Shown piece by piece: positions 63,108 to 64,000 of a stretch of 64,000 nt of DNA. The stretch is taken from assembly GCF_020745735.1 (NCBI RefSeq), contig NC_083435.1, forward strand, positions 48,484,498 to 48,548,497, read 5' to 3'. Under the pieces are notes generated by a model. The model was not told the origin of the DNA. It saw only the letters and a list, made by a program, of their open reading frames with translations, and did not search any database. This DNA comes from Hemiscyllium ocellatum (Eukaryota). The stretch's first letter is position 1. Each line of letters begins with the position of its first letter. Position numbers and translations under genes: made by a program.

Positions 63108-63419
63108 GTACAGGTCCTCTCCCACCAACTCTTCTCCTAACTGTGAGCTCCAGTGAAGAAATCGCAAGCAGCAAGTTTGCAACTGTCGTCTGTTCAATCA
63201 TCGATTTCCATCCGAAGTCAATCTCCGTGCGTTGGTTGAAAAATGGCCGACTCTTGGATTCTGGCTTCTTCATGTCTCCCGTGTGTGAGGCGAACGGGAA
63301 CTTCTCGGTGACGAGTCGGCTGATGGTCCCTTATGGTGAATGGTACAACAGCGCAGTCTATACCTGCCAGGTCACTCATGAAGACAACATTCAAAGTAAA
63401 AATATCACCGCACTCCAGG
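63108..63419 (+). CDS. IGHM: IgM heavy-chain CH2 exon (312 bp, phase 1-1, open)
   Basis: Acceptor tttcctaaag; [57 protein letters not shown]; donor gtaaga at 63420. Confidence 0.93.
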
Positions 63420-63699
63420 GTAAGAGACACATACTGAGAGAGCTACAAATCACTCTGAACTCTGATGTGAATCAAACACACTAATTTATCAGGCGTAGTA
63501 AACAGCAAGGTAGAGCTTCTCGTTTCCCAACATGTCACGTATCTCATTTCAGTTTGAGTGTTACATTAGAATTGCTCATAATTCAACATTTTGGCAAGTC
63601 AGAAAAGCACGTTTCCTCTCTGTTGAAGATAGATATATACACAGTGAGCTTTGTTAAATAGTTTGTTGCCTGACCATGCTGGGAGAGGCATTCAGAGTG

Positions 63700-64000
63700 C
63701 TGAATCCTTGCCTGGTAGTGGCTTCAAGGATAAGTTTGGGGGTGGAGGGGGGATATTGGAGAGATATCTAATTGAAACATAAGAAATACTGAGAGACTGA
63801 GGTCGAGTGAACGTGGAATAGATGTTTTGACTGGTAGGCGAGACTAGGACCCAAGGGCACAGTCTCAGGGTCAAAGGGGCACCGTTTAGAACTGAGATGG
63901 GGAGGAATTTCTTCAGCCAGAGGGTGATGAATCTGTGGAACTTGTTGCTGCAGAGGGCTGTGGAGACCAGGCCATTGTGTATATTCAAGCCAGAGATAGT
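63700..64000 (+). mobile_element. CR1 3' fragment, cut by the window edge
   Basis: gagactaggacccaagggcacagtctcagggt..tttagaactgagatggggaggaatttcttcagccagagggtgatgaatctgtgg. Confidence 0.75.

Noticed and set aside
48865-63419. Assignment as IgW, IgNAR or IgM1gj
   Set aside because: The leader, V, WGQGTMVTVTS and both C exons resemble shark IgM as recalled. A CH1 with an early Cys excludes IgNAR. A CH2 exon and an out-of-frame join differ from IgM1gj.

Overview
This is eukaryotic, repeat-dense DNA from a cartilaginous fish. The IgM sequences and repeat families suggest a carpet shark (inferred, not searched). The only host gene with intact exons is the 5' part of an IgM heavy-chain cluster on the + strand: leader (48865-48913), a V exon already fused to J (49032-49377), CH1 (59376-59687) and CH2 (63108-63419). 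CH3, CH4 and the secretory/TM exons should lie beyond the window. The V(D)J is pre-joined, with no D segments or RSS seen. The join is out of frame with a TGA in CDR3, yet all splice sites and both C exons are intact. The rest is mostly CR1 and L2-like LINE fragments, HE1-type SINEs, two GPR139-like GPCR pseudogene remnants, two minisatellites and many Penelope-like element (PLE) pieces. One PLE is near full length. About nine short, often palindromic PLE derivatives have 13-16 bp target-site duplications (TSDs), and their ends carry minimal type I hammerhead ribozyme cores of at least two families. No rRNA, genuine tRNA or CRISPR array was seen. All identifications are by eye and from recalled family motifs. 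TE boundaries are approximate (tens of bp) unless a TSD fixes them.
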